A stretch of DNA of 44,369 nt from a virus (lineage: Duplodnaviria > Heunggongvirae > Uroviricota > Caudoviricetes), in the IMG/VR virus record IMGVR_UViG_3300028563_000009; one strand, given 5' to 3'. Positions 9,656 to 19,225 of this stretch are shown in pieces. Each line of letters starts with the position of its first letter. The stretch's first letter is position 1. The translations under genes were made by a program, and so were the position numbers. The notes beneath the pieces were generated by a model that saw nothing but the letters and a program-made list of their open reading frames with translations, was not told where the DNA came from and searched no databases.

Positions 9656-10137
9656 TAGTTTACAATCGCTGTGATGGTAGGAGTTGTTGTTGTGTTCTTA
9701 GCAAGGGTTGGTAGAGGCGCGGGTATCGCAACCGGCTTGTCCTCGGCATTAGCTTGCTGTCCATTGATCGTAGGAGCAGTAGGATTGGCAAGCACCGCAT
9801 AAGGACCTACCGCGTTCGAAGGGGGACTAACCGCTCCGCCAGCGTCAATGTACTGCATAATCTCGCAGACGGTTTGACCGGAAGAAGTGGGGTCGATAAA
9901 AGTAGTCGAGACCTGTGCGGTAGCGTTTATTCGAACGTAAGTCGTCCCGCTTGTGGATGGGCACGAGGTAGCCCCAGCCGTAAGAACCGCCTTGCTGGCA
10001 ACCCATGTGCTCCCCGATGGAGCCGACGAATTTACCGTAAGAGTCACGGTGTGTGTTGTAGGGGGAATTTGGCTATGAGCGGCACACCCAGTAAAAAGTG
10101 AAACAACCACGATAGCTAGAAAAAGTTTGGAACGCAT
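9655..10137 (-). CDS. Secreted or lipoprotein FnIII-like protein
   Basis: Probable start MRSKLFLAIVVVSLFTGC (signal peptide, lipobox-like FTGC) at a TAATG overlap; HTVTL...TTFID...GQT.C....D..G.VS.PSN is an FnIII-type pattern. Confidence 0.55.
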   Translation of the reverse strand: MRSKLFLAIVVVSLFTGCAAHSQIPPTTHTVTLTVNSSAPSGSTWVASKAVLTAGATSCPSTSGTTYVRINATAQVSTTFIDPTSSGQTVCEIMQYIDAGGAVSPPSNAVGPYAVLANPTAPTINGQQANAEDKPVAIPAPLPTLAKNTTTTPTITAIVN

Positions 10138-13100
10138 TATTGAGGTCCTCCGGTGAGTTGAGCTAATCCGGTGAGGGATAAGCTTCCTGAAATTGATGGG
10201 GAAGTTGGGGTGGGAATTGTACCACTCACTAACGGGTGAGGGTAAACATAAGGTTGGTATATCGCAGTCCAAGTGTTAGTGCTAGAGCAAACGTAAAGCT
10301 CGCCATTACCGCTGTTGGCATCTGTGGCAAAGTAGGCCACGCCGTAGCTTCCTGTAGGGCTTGTCGCGTATGTGCCTCCCGCGCCTGCCGTGCAAGTGGC
10401 TGGGCGATTGGCTAAGGTTCCGTACCCGGTTCCTGCCGCGCCTGTGAACCCACCAGAGCAAGTGCTGTTGAGCGACCCGCAATCGTAGTAGTAGTCTCTG
10501 TTATTAGAAGTATCTGTAGAGCCTACTTCCGCAAACGTTCCCGCTTGAGGGGTACCACTATTCATGAAGAAGTACATAGGTTCTAAGTACTGGTGAGACC
10601 AAGCCGCAGTTCCAGTTATGGAATTAAGACGGTTGGGGAATGCTTGCCCGTTCAGAGCTTGAACATCCTGACCACGACCAATACCATCGAGGCACGGCCA
10701 TCCCGTAGAAGCATTGTTATTACCATCCCATGAAGAGTCAGAACCACCGTGAACCGTTCCGCAGTACCCCCAACCATTCGGAGGGGCGGTTTCCGGAGAC
10801 TCGCAAGAGTTTCTGTCTGTACATAAGTTGGTGTATCTGTAGAATCCAGATATCAGGTTATTACCCCAGACCAATCCGGTTGCGTTCTTAGAACCAAACA
10901 CGGCGTCTAAAGGACCGATTCCAGAGGTAGGGCCTGTGATATAGTTGTGGTATACCTCGTAAAGTCGGCATCCGCGATCAGGCCCTGCGGCAGATTTAGT
11001 GCCGTGGGTCTGGGTGTAGCTTCCTTGTATGGTATTATTCCTAATGCCAATGGCACCCGCTCCGCCGCAATCGTCGGTGTATCCTCCGATAAAGGTGTTT
11101 GATTCCACATAAAATGTAGAAGAACTACCCCACGCGGTAGGGTGAGAGAAGGTTCCGTCTCCGTTTCCAATGGTGTCGTTATAGGCACCAAAGACGGAAA
11201 TTCCGAAAGAGAAGGTTTGTTGAGTTGGGAAACCTCCAGAGTTAGGAGCTAACTCGAAGAAGTTATGATCCGCCACGCCTACTATAGCTCCAAAGGTTTT
11301 GAAGCAAACCGAGGAGTTTGAGTTGGGGGAGTACGGAGCCATATTGCAGTGATTGTGGTCGTACCGAACTTGAGACGATCCGCTGTAGATTTCAATAAAG
11401 CCGTTGTACTTGGAGTACGTTCCGCCCACAGCCCCACCCGCCATAGTCAGTCCAGTAACTCGAAGGACTGCGCTAGCTTGGGTGTTAGCGTTGATAACTA
11501 TGAGCGAGGTGTTGCTCTGGTAGGTATCGCTGATTACAGAAGAGTCTGTTACCGAAGCGCACGTAGCCCCGGCGTTTCCCGGAGTTCCAGAACAATTAAC
11601 CACCGTCTGACCTTGGATTGTTAAGTTGGTCAAATTGCTAGGCACTGTGTAAGTGAAGCCAGTTGTCCAGTTAACATTTCCCACGGGAAGATTGACCGTC
11701 GCTGTGGTGCAGCTTGATACAGAGTTCAGCGCAGCCAGAACATCGGATGGGTTAAGGGTAGCGGCCAATGGGGTGCAGCCTCCGCCTCCTCCACCAGCGG
11801 TAAAGGTAGCTGTGACCGTGCAAGCAGAGGCAGGCATGGTTCCGGAGTAAGTGGTTGTGCCCGACCCTCCGCATCCCGTTACGCTGGATAGCGTGGACCC
11901 TCCAGTAGGAGTGACCGTGCAGGAGTAAGAAGCCGCTGCCGCATAGTTACCAGCGCAGCCCGATATGGTACCTGACCCAGTTCCTGTCGTTGTGGTGGAC
12001 AAAGTATAGGTAGTTATCCCGCTACTCAACACATTTTTGATCGACGTATACGCAGCTTTTGCGTTATAATTGGCGTCGTAAATCTGAGGAGCGCCAACCC
12101 CGTATGGACTAGGGGCATCGATGAAGGCCCATTTATCCCCTATTCCCCACACATAGAAAGCACTACAAGTTGAGGGATTAGCGAGACACGCGCTTAGTAA
12201 GTATGAGTAGGTGTTTGCTTGCGTCGTTAAATCTGCCGGAACTGTAGAGGTATAGGAATTCGGGACGGTGTTGTTTGCGCCGTTAGTATGGATGCCTAAC
12301 TGAACCTGAGAAAAGTAAACAGTTACCCCAAGAGCTTGATAAGCACTTATAGTCGAAGCTATAGCTGAAGAGGACGGTACGTTCGAGGGTATGACTTGAT
12401 ATTGCCACTGTCCTTCCAGACCCACACAATCAACTAACCCTCGGCTCTTGAGATAAGCAACTAGCCAGTATTGGTACCCACTAGCCCCGCTGCCCTCCCA
12501 TCCCCAGTCATCGTAGCAAAGCTGGGCCGTGGGGTCGGTTGCCCGAGCCTGTGTGTAGGCCACAGTGACGTACTCAGGAAAATAGGTTAAACCAGAAACA
12601 TTTCGAGCATAAGCGTTCGAAGACGTGTCCGGGCCTAAGATAGAACAATACGGCCCAGTGCCATATCCGGGATTGTAAGTGTTATTTGGGCACTGGTGAC
12701 TAGACTCACTGACGAGGGCAATCTGCTTCATGCGCCCCGGATAGTTGGTGTGCATGTGAGTCATGAACTGTGCGACGTAGTTCTGGAGAGCCGTCGTGAG
12801 TGCGCCGGAGCTTAACCCAGAAACCCAAGAAGGCGTTCCTCCCCCGTAGCTCGCATTATCCCAGACAGGCGCAGTTGCTGTCACGGTCTGGGAATTCGCA
12901 GCCGCATAGTTCATGACTAGATCGGCCTGAGAAAAGTCATAGCTTCCGTTCGATGGCTCCATCGCGTTCTGCTTCATGACGTTACCGGGTTCAATAGAGT
13001 TGCATTGAGCCGCGACAAGGCTGTTAAAAGTAGAATCGTTGTTGAATATGGACGGGTCTGTGTCTCCGCAACCAAACGTAAACCCACGGGCCGTTGCTAG

Positions 13101-13169
13101 GGACTTAAGCGTTTGGGAGTGAGATAACAGGGGCAGGAGTAAAAACAGTACGAGAATTTTGGCTTTCAT
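10137..13169 (-). CDS. Signal-peptide protein with GH10 xylanase-like domain, InlB-B-like repeat and pectin-lyase-like beta-helix domain
   Basis: Start MKAKILVLFLLLPLLSHSQ at a TAATG overlap; GH10 landmarks EPGNVMK, YDFSQAD, LVSE, DPTAQLCYDD, DCVGLEG, VWGIGD, YDANYNAKAAY. Confidence 0.8.
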   Translation of the reverse strand: MKAKILVLFLLLPLLSHSQTLKSLATARGFTFGCGDTDPSIFNNDSTFNSLVAAQCNSIEPGNVMKQNAMEPSNGSYDFSQADLVMNYAAANSQTVTATAPVWDNASYGGGTPSWVSGLSSGALTTALQNYVAQFMTHMHTNYPGRMKQIALVSESSHQCPNNTYNPGYGTGPYCSILGPDTSSNAYARNVSGLTYFPEYVTVAYTQARATDPTAQLCYDDWGWEGSGASGYQYWLVAYLKSRGLVDCVGLEGQWQYQVIPSNVPSSSAIASTISAYQALGVTVYFSQVQLGIHTNGANNTVPNSYTSTVPADLTTQANTYSYLLSACLANPSTCSAFYVWGIGDKWAFIDAPSPYGVGAPQIYDANYNAKAAYTSIKNVLSSGITTYTLSTTTTGTGSGTISGCAGNYAAAASYSCTVTPTGGSTLSSVTGCGGSGTTTYSGTMPASACTVTATFTAGGGGGGCTPLAATLNPSDVLAALNSVSSCTTATVNLPVGNVNWTTGFTYTVPSNLTNLTIQGQTVVNCSGTPGNAGATCASVTDSSVISDTYQSNTSLIVINANTQASAVLRVTGLTMAGGAVGGTYSKYNGFIEIYSGSSQVRYDHNHCNMAPYSPNSNSSVCFKTFGAIVGVADHNFFELAPNSGGFPTQQTFSFGISVFGAYNDTIGNGDGTFSHPTAWGSSSTFYVESNTFIGGYTDDCGGAGAIGIRNNTIQGSYTQTHGTKSAAGPDRGCRLYEVYHNYITGPTSGIGPLDAVFGSKNATGLVWGNNLISGFYRYTNLCTDRNSCESPETAPPNGWGYCGTVHGGSDSSWDGNNNASTGWPCLDGIGRGQDVQALNGQAFPNRLNSITGTAAWSHQYLEPMYFFMNSGTPQAGTFAEVGSTDTSNNRDYYYDCGSLNSTCSGGFTGAAGTGYGTLANRPATCTAGAGGTYATSPTGSYGVAYFATDANSGNGELYVCSSTNTWTAIYQPYVYPHPLVSGTIPTPTSPSISGSLSLTGLAQLTGGPQ

Positions 13170-15457
13170 TATTTTCCCCATACCGTGTAGGAGCTTCCGT
13201 CGCACACCACAGCAGCGAATAAAGCACCGCCACCTGTGTAAGCCGAACCCCATGTCTGGGTAGTAGAGTCAGACACAGTAGCTATTCTTCCCGTGTTGCT
13301 AGCGCAAGGGTACGCACTAGAGAGAACAGAGAAGGTAGTTGGAGGCATCCCTACGGTAGTAGGCCCAGTCCCAGAGAGCGTAATTGCTGTCGGTGTTATG
13401 ATACCCGGACTCTTGACGTACGCGGTAGTGGCCAACTTGGTAGTGTTATCGTTAACCGCTTGCGTGGTAGCAGAAGTCCCGTTCGGGAGAGTAGGAGTCC
13501 CACTTAAATTAGCGGCATTGCCTGCGATATTTCCAGAGATAGAAGAACCGGGGATAGTCGCAGAAGCAGTGGCAGCACTGGACCCATTTCCGAATATATA
13601 CCCAGTAAGAGAAGCTGCGCCTAAGCCTCCTTGAGGAGCACTGAGAGGCGTAGATAATCCAGATAAAGAGGAGATATCCGAGTTCGCTCCGGAGTGAGCA
13701 GGAGTATACCCGAGGCTGGCTTGTTTTGCGTTTAGCTGAGTTTGGATGCTAGAGGTAGCATCTAGATACCCCATGATGGTAGGAGTTACCCCATCTATGG
13801 TTAACCCAGCGATAACGGTAGTAGTCGAGCTAGCGGCTATGGAGGTAGAACCTATCGTGATTGGGAATCCGCTTCCGGTCACGGTGATGACGCCACCAGA
13901 GCATGTGGTTCCGCTTCCGCACTCTAGAACTCCGAATCCGGAAGACGTACCGTAAGGAGCTTCAACGATTATGTTAGCTCCAGAAATTTTAGGGAGCAGC
14001 GCGAGGTAGTTAGCATCGGCTACTGGAGACGTGGCATTGAGGTTAGCGGACCCTAAGGTTCCTCCCCCGTTTACCCCTAAGCTTGTTCCGCCTCCTGCGG
14101 TTCCGCAAGTCGGGCAAGATATGGTTACACCCAAAGTAGACGGCGTAACAACGATAGGAGAAGCTTGGCCAATGTTTGCCCCTAGATATGTCCCGAGATC
14201 GAAGATGGTAGGGGCTGTTGCTGATCCGGTTGAAGTGTTCCATCCGTGAACAAAAGCATGTCCATTAGTTGTAGGACTTGCTAAGAACAAGGTTGTGTTA
14301 ACCGCTGACTGGTACGGCAAAGAGCCTAACGCTCCCCCCGCAATGGCAGCAGCGTATCCCGTTGTGTTTTGGTTTAGAGTGGGAACATAGTTAGAGGGGA
14401 TGGTATTGGTGTTGCTGTAGCTAGTACACCAGCTAGAACTTCCCGAGTAGCAGGGGATACCAGCAGCGGCTGGCCAAGTCATGCCTGCCGAAGCAGAGCT
14501 TCCTACTAACCCAGCCGAGTTAATAGTCAAAAAGTTTGTTCCGGAACCCGGAGTTGCGCTCGAATGTATGAATAAGTCTGCCCCTCCTAACGCAATAGGA
14601 CCAGTATTGGAATCGATAGAAATCCCAATGCTTCCGGCGTCAGACAGACTGATACCGTGTTGGGCATCTATAGAGATCGAATCTGAAGAACCATTTGCGC
14701 TTAACTCGACCGGCCCCCCAGTGGAATTTAGTTGCACCCCCTCTACGCTTACATCATCCACCGTAAAACCAGCAGCAGAGTCAACCTGAACTGACCCCTT
14801 AGCTTGCATGAAAATACCAGTCCCCGCATCGAGGGTTATGGTACCTCCCGATCCTCCTGTAGGGCAGTTAACAAACAAAGTGGGGTCGGTGCATAGTATG
14901 ATTCCGTCTTCACCCGCCGAGTCGATAATAACTTTTCCGCTCCCTGTGTTGGTAGCGTTTAGCGTGATATTCTGGTCTGTAGTTGTGGTTGTATTTGCTG
15001 AGGTGGCCCCTTCATCGACAAAGCCAGTAACGCATTGGGTTCCATTCCAGTAAACAAAGTACCCGGCAGATGGAGACGATGGGGTACATCCCGACGAACT
15101 TCCGCCTCCCGAAGACCCCACATACACTTCATAGAAACTGCACTGATTGTAAGGGGCGCATACCTTCTCCACCACTCTTGTTCCAGATTGGATGTAGTAC
15201 TGGTAGACACCGTTTCCAGCAGCCGTAATCGGCTGGGTAAGCGTCGAGGTTAAAGTGGGATCGGTATAGATAGGCTGAGGAGCGTTACACGCTAGCTGAC
15301 TGTTATATACGCAGACGTAAACTTTTGCGTTAGGGATTACCGACGCAAAGTTGCTGCCCGAACCTTTGGGAATCAGGGCAGTATTCCACCGCTCCGCTGA
15401 CTGGGAGAAGCCCATGACAGGGAACAGTAAAAGAAATAGAAGTGTTTTTAAATTCAT
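13169..15457 (-). CDS. Signal-peptide-bearing tail-fibre-like protein
   Basis: Start MNLKTLLFLLLFPVMGFSQ; N-terminal ~115 aa paralogous to the upstream gene; fibre-type segments (YLDATSSIQTQLNAKQ, NSDISSLSGL, GGLGA, DNTTKLATTAYV). Confidence 0.65.
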   Translation of the reverse strand: MNLKTLLFLLLFPVMGFSQSAERWNTALIPKGSGSNFASVIPNAKVYVCVYNSQLACNAPQPIYTDPTLTSTLTQPITAAGNGVYQYYIQSGTRVVEKVCAPYNQCSFYEVYVGSSGGGSSSGCTPSSPSAGYFVYWNGTQCVTGFVDEGATSANTTTTTDQNITLNATNTGSGKVIIDSAGEDGIILCTDPTLFVNCPTGGSGGTITLDAGTGIFMQAKGSVQVDSAAGFTVDDVSVEGVQLNSTGGPVELSANGSSDSISIDAQHGISLSDAGSIGISIDSNTGPIALGGADLFIHSSATPGSGTNFLTINSAGLVGSSASAGMTWPAAAGIPCYSGSSSWCTSYSNTNTIPSNYVPTLNQNTTGYAAAIAGGALGSLPYQSAVNTTLFLASPTTNGHAFVHGWNTSTGSATAPTIFDLGTYLGANIGQASPIVVTPSTLGVTISCPTCGTAGGGTSLGVNGGGTLGSANLNATSPVADANYLALLPKISGANIIVEAPYGTSSGFGVLECGSGTTCSGGVITVTGSGFPITIGSTSIAASSTTTVIAGLTIDGVTPTIMGYLDATSSIQTQLNAKQASLGYTPAHSGANSDISSLSGLSTPLSAPQGGLGAASLTGYIFGNGSSAATASATIPGSSISGNIAGNAANLSGTPTLPNGTSATTQAVNDNTTKLATTAYVKSPGIITPTAITLSGTGPTTVGMPPTTFSVLSSAYPCASNTGRIATVSDSTTQTWGSAYTGGGALFAAVVCDGSSYTVWGK

Positions 15458-17019
15458 TATTGAACTCTCAACCCGGTATCGGTGGTCGTGCCGCAACTTC
15501 CGGAAACGATAGTCAAGGCCCCCGCTGGGAGCGATCCGCTAGTGGCGCAACGGTACACAGTATTCGTGCCCCCGTTGATTTCAACATCCCCATAAATGAC
15601 GGCTTGGGTAATAGAGTTGTTTCCGATTACTGTCTGATTGGATACTGTGTTGTAGGCTTGATACCCAAGAGCAATCGTGTTCGTTAGTTGCGAAGTTGTA
15701 TTTGGCCCCGAGTAATCGCCAACCCAAGTATTATGAGAGCCTGTGGTATTCGAGTTTCCAATGGAGTTGAAGGCGGTGTACCCGTTCGCTCCGGACATGG
15801 TGCCTATCGCCACGTTATTAGTTCCGGTCGTGTTACCAGCCAAGGCGTCCTGCCCGATTGCGATATCGTTGCTACCGGCATTCCCGGCAACACCCTCGCA
15901 ATTAGCCCCGTTGTAATACCCTCCAAGAGCTAACGTTCCGAGCGCGATTACCTCTGAGCCTGTATTGCAGATTAAAGGTCTGTGTCCTATTCCGATTACG
16001 TCCGAAACGGTTCCCATTGCCCCAGCAGCCCCGTCTCCAATACCAATTACGTCTGTGTAGTCAGAAGAGAAGGTGGGATCGCTTTCAGACCCGGAGCCAT
16101 TTCCAATTCCTACGACGTTATTGAACACGCCTGTTCCGTGATTAGAAGCAGCACCAACTCCTATTCCGACTACGATTGTTAGCGTCCCTGTAGAGTTCAC
16201 AGAGGAGGAGGAGCCATTTCCTATACCAACTACATCTGAAGAAGTCGAGACAAGATTCGCCCCGGCTCCGTTTCCAATTGCAACCACATCATCGACATTG
16301 CTTCCGATGTGCGACCCCGAGCCGTTTCCAATTGCGATAATATCGGAGCTTTGACCCCCAATTGTGTTAGCCGATCCATCCCCGATTCCTATAATGTCGA
16401 AAGTAGAAGCGGAGAATTGTATCGCCGAACTGTCCCCGATACCAACTATGTCAACTCCATTTGTTATATGAGACCCTGATTGGTCGCCGACACCTACAAT
16501 TTCTTCGGAGAAGGACGACTCCCCTACCGTGCTGACATAAGAAACCGTTTCAAATCCGAAACCACTTAGGAGGCTGAGGTTGCTGCCTGTTAAATGACTG
16601 AGGGCATCTGTTCCGCATCGCGTTGAGGTTACGTCTCCGGGGAGAGGACCGCACAGGCTACTCCCGGTACCACCGGCAGAAGACCCAACGTATATGTCGT
16701 AGAAACTACATTGGTTATACGGAGCGCAAACTTTCTCAACTAAGTGGGTGCCTGCCTGCACGTAGTAAAAATAGGTGCCTGCGGCATTAGCTTGGAGCGG
16801 TTGATCTATTTGCTGGGTTAACGCCGTGTCGGCATATATAACTAAGTTGGGAGAATCGCAAGACAACTGATCGTTCCACGTACACACCGACACCTGCGCG
16901 TTAGGGATGACCACGGAGAAGTTACTCCCCGAGGTAGGCTGAATGGCCACATTCCATCTCTGTGCTGTTTGGGAAAAACCTAGCACTGGGAACAAAAGAA
17001 ATAGAAGTAACTTATTCAT
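15457..17019 (-). CDS. Signal-peptide-bearing fibre/adhesin with YadA-head-like repeats
   Basis: Start MNKLLLFLLFPVLGFSQ; about 15-aa periodic [IV][AG]IG.G[AS] repeats and NNVAIG/NTIALG motifs. Confidence 0.65.
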   Translation of the reverse strand: MNKLLLFLLFPVLGFSQTAQRWNVAIQPTSGSNFSVVIPNAQVSVCTWNDQLSCDSPNLVIYADTALTQQIDQPLQANAAGTYFYYVQAGTHLVEKVCAPYNQCSFYDIYVGSSAGGTGSSLCGPLPGDVTSTRCGTDALSHLTGSNLSLLSGFGFETVSYVSTVGESSFSEEIVGVGDQSGSHITNGVDIVGIGDSSAIQFSASTFDIIGIGDGSANTIGGQSSDIIAIGNGSGSHIGSNVDDVVAIGNGAGANLVSTSSDVVGIGNGSSSSVNSTGTLTIVVGIGVGAASNHGTGVFNNVVGIGNGSGSESDPTFSSDYTDVIGIGDGAAGAMGTVSDVIGIGHRPLICNTGSEVIALGTLALGGYYNGANCEGVAGNAGSNDIAIGQDALAGNTTGTNNVAIGTMSGANGYTAFNSIGNSNTTGSHNTWVGDYSGPNTTSQLTNTIALGYQAYNTVSNQTVIGNNSITQAVIYGDVEINGGTNTVYRCATSGSLPAGALTIVSGSCGTTTDTGLRVQ

Positions 17020-17311
17020 TCTTTTTACCTTTGAAGATGTTAAGAACATCCGTGATACTGGTGGACCCTCTGTTTACCCCATAAGGCGCAGTAAAGAAAA
17101 ATACTAACGCTCCTATAACGTAGGGAAGGTTGGATAGCCAGATCGCTAGCTGCGCGTTGTCCGTAATCCTAACCAGATGGTCGGCCACAAGGACAAGAAC
17201 TCCCGAGCATACCAAAGCTAGAAAGCTGGTTAGCAGTCGGCTGCTCGAAGGAGTCCCATCATCGGAGTACGCCTGTCTAAGAAACGTCAGTAGTTTTGCT
17301 AAAAAATTCAT
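17012..17311 (-). CDS. Holin-like membrane protein
   Basis: 99 aa, two hydrophobic helices, basic C-terminus (KGKKNE), SSSRL motif seen in small phage membrane proteins. Confidence 0.55.
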   Translation of the reverse strand: MNFLAKLLTFLRQAYSDDGTPSSSRLLTSFLALVCSGVLVLVADHLVRITDNAQLAIWLSNLPYVIGALVFFFTAPYGVNRGSTSITDVLNIFKGKKNE

Positions 17312-17320
17312 GAACCACCC

Positions 17321-17794
17321 TTACAGAGGGCGTTTCACCAACGCCAACTGTAAATCAAGTACAGTGTTTAAGTAGTGTTTTACCCAAAAGCTTTGCGTTT
17401 CCGCACTTCTTCCTGCGGCTTCCGGATCAGTTTGATACCCGTATGTGAAGTCAAAGTCACACTTAATAGGGGGTAAGGCGTTCTGCTCTCTCCATCCCTT
17501 GTTGAAATAAAGGAAGGATTGTTCGCAAAAAGGAGGCCACTCCGCTAGCGGGTCTTGTATGCTTCTGGGAGAAGTCCAGTAAGCGACTATGACGTTGAGC
17601 TTACCGGCGTCTTGGAGAACCCGCCACGCTTCTTCCATAACTGGAATTCTGAGTTTCCCCGGAATGTATTCCAGTTTGTGTAGGCAGTTGATTTCCTTCA
17701 CAGACTTGTCTGCATAAGGCCACTTGCCGGTTAAATCAAATTTGACTGTATTAAGATCGAGTAAATCGATGACTTCGACTTTATTCTTTTTCAT
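17321..17794 (-). CDS. Class I SAM-methyltransferase-like protein (type 11-like, degenerate motif I)
   Basis: DL..KWPYADKSVKEI..LH.LEY and MEEAWRVLQDAG motifs; lacks the N-terminal GxG loop. Confidence 0.6.
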   Translation of the reverse strand: MKKNKVEVIDLLDLNTVKFDLTGKWPYADKSVKEINCLHKLEYIPGKLRIPVMEEAWRVLQDAGKLNVIVAYWTSPRSIQDPLAEWPPFCEQSFLYFNKGWREQNALPPIKCDFDFTYGYQTDPEAAGRSAETQSFWVKHYLNTVLDLQLALVKRPL

Positions 17795-17816
17795 ATCCTC
17801 TGAGCCTTTCGCGCTC

Positions 17817-18530
17817 TTACCAAACCATTCCTGTAGAAATGTCTAAATGCCCCACCTTAACTCTGGTGTCGCAAGCTACCTTATACCCATACTTAGCGGC
17901 TTCATTAAAGAACCACAAGTCTTGGGTAAAAGCTTTCCCCGTTTCTTGGATAGTTCTAAACCAAGGTCGGGGCATGTCCTTGAGTTTTGTTTTGAAGGAG
18001 TCTATCCTCCATAAGTTAAAGCCCATCCCTAACCCGTTGCAGTGTTGTATCGTGTCTATACGGGGGACTTGGGGTACAAAGTTTCTTGGCATAACCGAAG
18101 GATCGCCATAAATCATTGGCTGGCCTTCTGCGCCTTTAGTCCAGTACAACCCGGCCACGGCGTCGAACCCTTCGATGCTTTCGTATAACCGCATCAGTCC
18201 GTCTTGAGGGGGGAGATTATCTTCCTCTACGGTAAGGATGTATTTCCATTTACTAAGTTCGGGATGGTCGAGGACTGTCTCAAAAGCTTTTTGATACCCT
18301 ACCCCTACTTCGTCGTTCTCGATAAATAACGGACCGAAGAAGGGTTGGTTCATCGGCTTCATCAAGCCCATCCAAGACGAAACCACTTTGGGTTTAAGAC
18401 TCCCGCGAGTTATAGTAATCCATACCGTAGACAAATCTTTGTAAGTCTGGCCACGGTGTAGTCTATCGATTGATTGAGTCAGGTTAGTGTTGTGATACCC
18501 AAAATCTGACTCGTTGTTTTTGCTTTTCAT
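17817..18530 (-). CDS. Glycosyltransferase family 2-like (GT-A fold)
   Basis: Probable start MKSKNN after AGGAG; YILTVEEDN (DxD-like), GLGMGFNL, TQDLWF and KVGH motifs. Confidence 0.75.
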   Translation of the reverse strand: MKSKNNESDFGYHNTNLTQSIDRLHRGQTYKDLSTVWITITRGSLKPKVVSSWMGLMKPMNQPFFGPLFIENDEVGVGYQKAFETVLDHPELSKWKYILTVEEDNLPPQDGLMRLYESIEGFDAVAGLYWTKGAEGQPMIYGDPSVMPRNFVPQVPRIDTIQHCNGLGMGFNLWRIDSFKTKLKDMPRPWFRTIQETGKAFTQDLWFFNEAAKYGYKVACDTRVKVGHLDISTGMVW

Positions 18531-18550
18531 TGTGCTCCTAAGACGCATAT

Positions 18551-19225
18551 TTATTTAGCTATCATGTAAGTTCGACCACCGGATAAGAAACACACAAGAA
18601 TTGTGGCTTGTTCGGCGCTAGCGAGGGTTGTGCTTTTTGCTTCGTATGTTCCGGGGTATGGGGCGATAGATACTTGGGCTAATCCGATTGGGTTGGGGTC
18701 CGAGGTATCCCCAAAGTTTTGTGGGTTTGTCCACCCCCGAAGAGGACCTATAGTGGCGTTCGTCGCGTTATCCGTCGCGCCAATTGAAAATAACAAGCCG
18801 TTATGCGCTCCAGTTATCAACGGACCACTATCAAGGGTAGTGGCTCCCGTTGTGTTGGACGTTGCGCCTGCTCCTCCGTCTAGGGTAGTAGTGGAATTAG
18901 CAGCCTCGTATAACACGGCTCTTAGCCCACCACTAGGAGTGACCGCGTTAACGTAAAAGGTAACAACACAATTTCCAGTCGCCGAAGCAATGGTTGCTAG
19001 CACGGTGATAGTATCGGAGTCCGTCGCTAAATTCACGGTGCTTTTTGTTGCCCAATTATTGCCTTGGGAGTCTGTACACGTTAGCGTGCCTCCTGCTCCT
19101 CCGCCTGAGAACATGCCACAAATAAGCAAGTTTCCGGCAGTCACTCCGGTCATGGTAATTGGGTTTAAATTACCCGGAGTGGGGACACCGCTAGTGTAGG
19201 ATTGAACAATATAAGGAAGTGCCAT
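18551..19225 (-). CDS. Beta-rich putative virion structural protein
   Basis: Start MALPYIVQS at a TAATG overlap; GVTAGNLLI...TCTDSQGNNW pattern of phage fibre-associated domains. Confidence 0.5.
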   Translation of the reverse strand: MALPYIVQSYTSGVPTPGNLNPITMTGVTAGNLLICGMFSGGGAGGTLTCTDSQGNNWATKSTVNLATDSDTITVLATIASATGNCVVTFYVNAVTPSGGLRAVLYEAANSTTTLDGGAGATSNTTGATTLDSGPLITGAHNGLLFSIGATDNATNATIGPLRGWTNPQNFGDTSDPNPIGLAQVSIAPYPGTYEAKSTTLASAEQATILVCFLSGGRTYMIAK

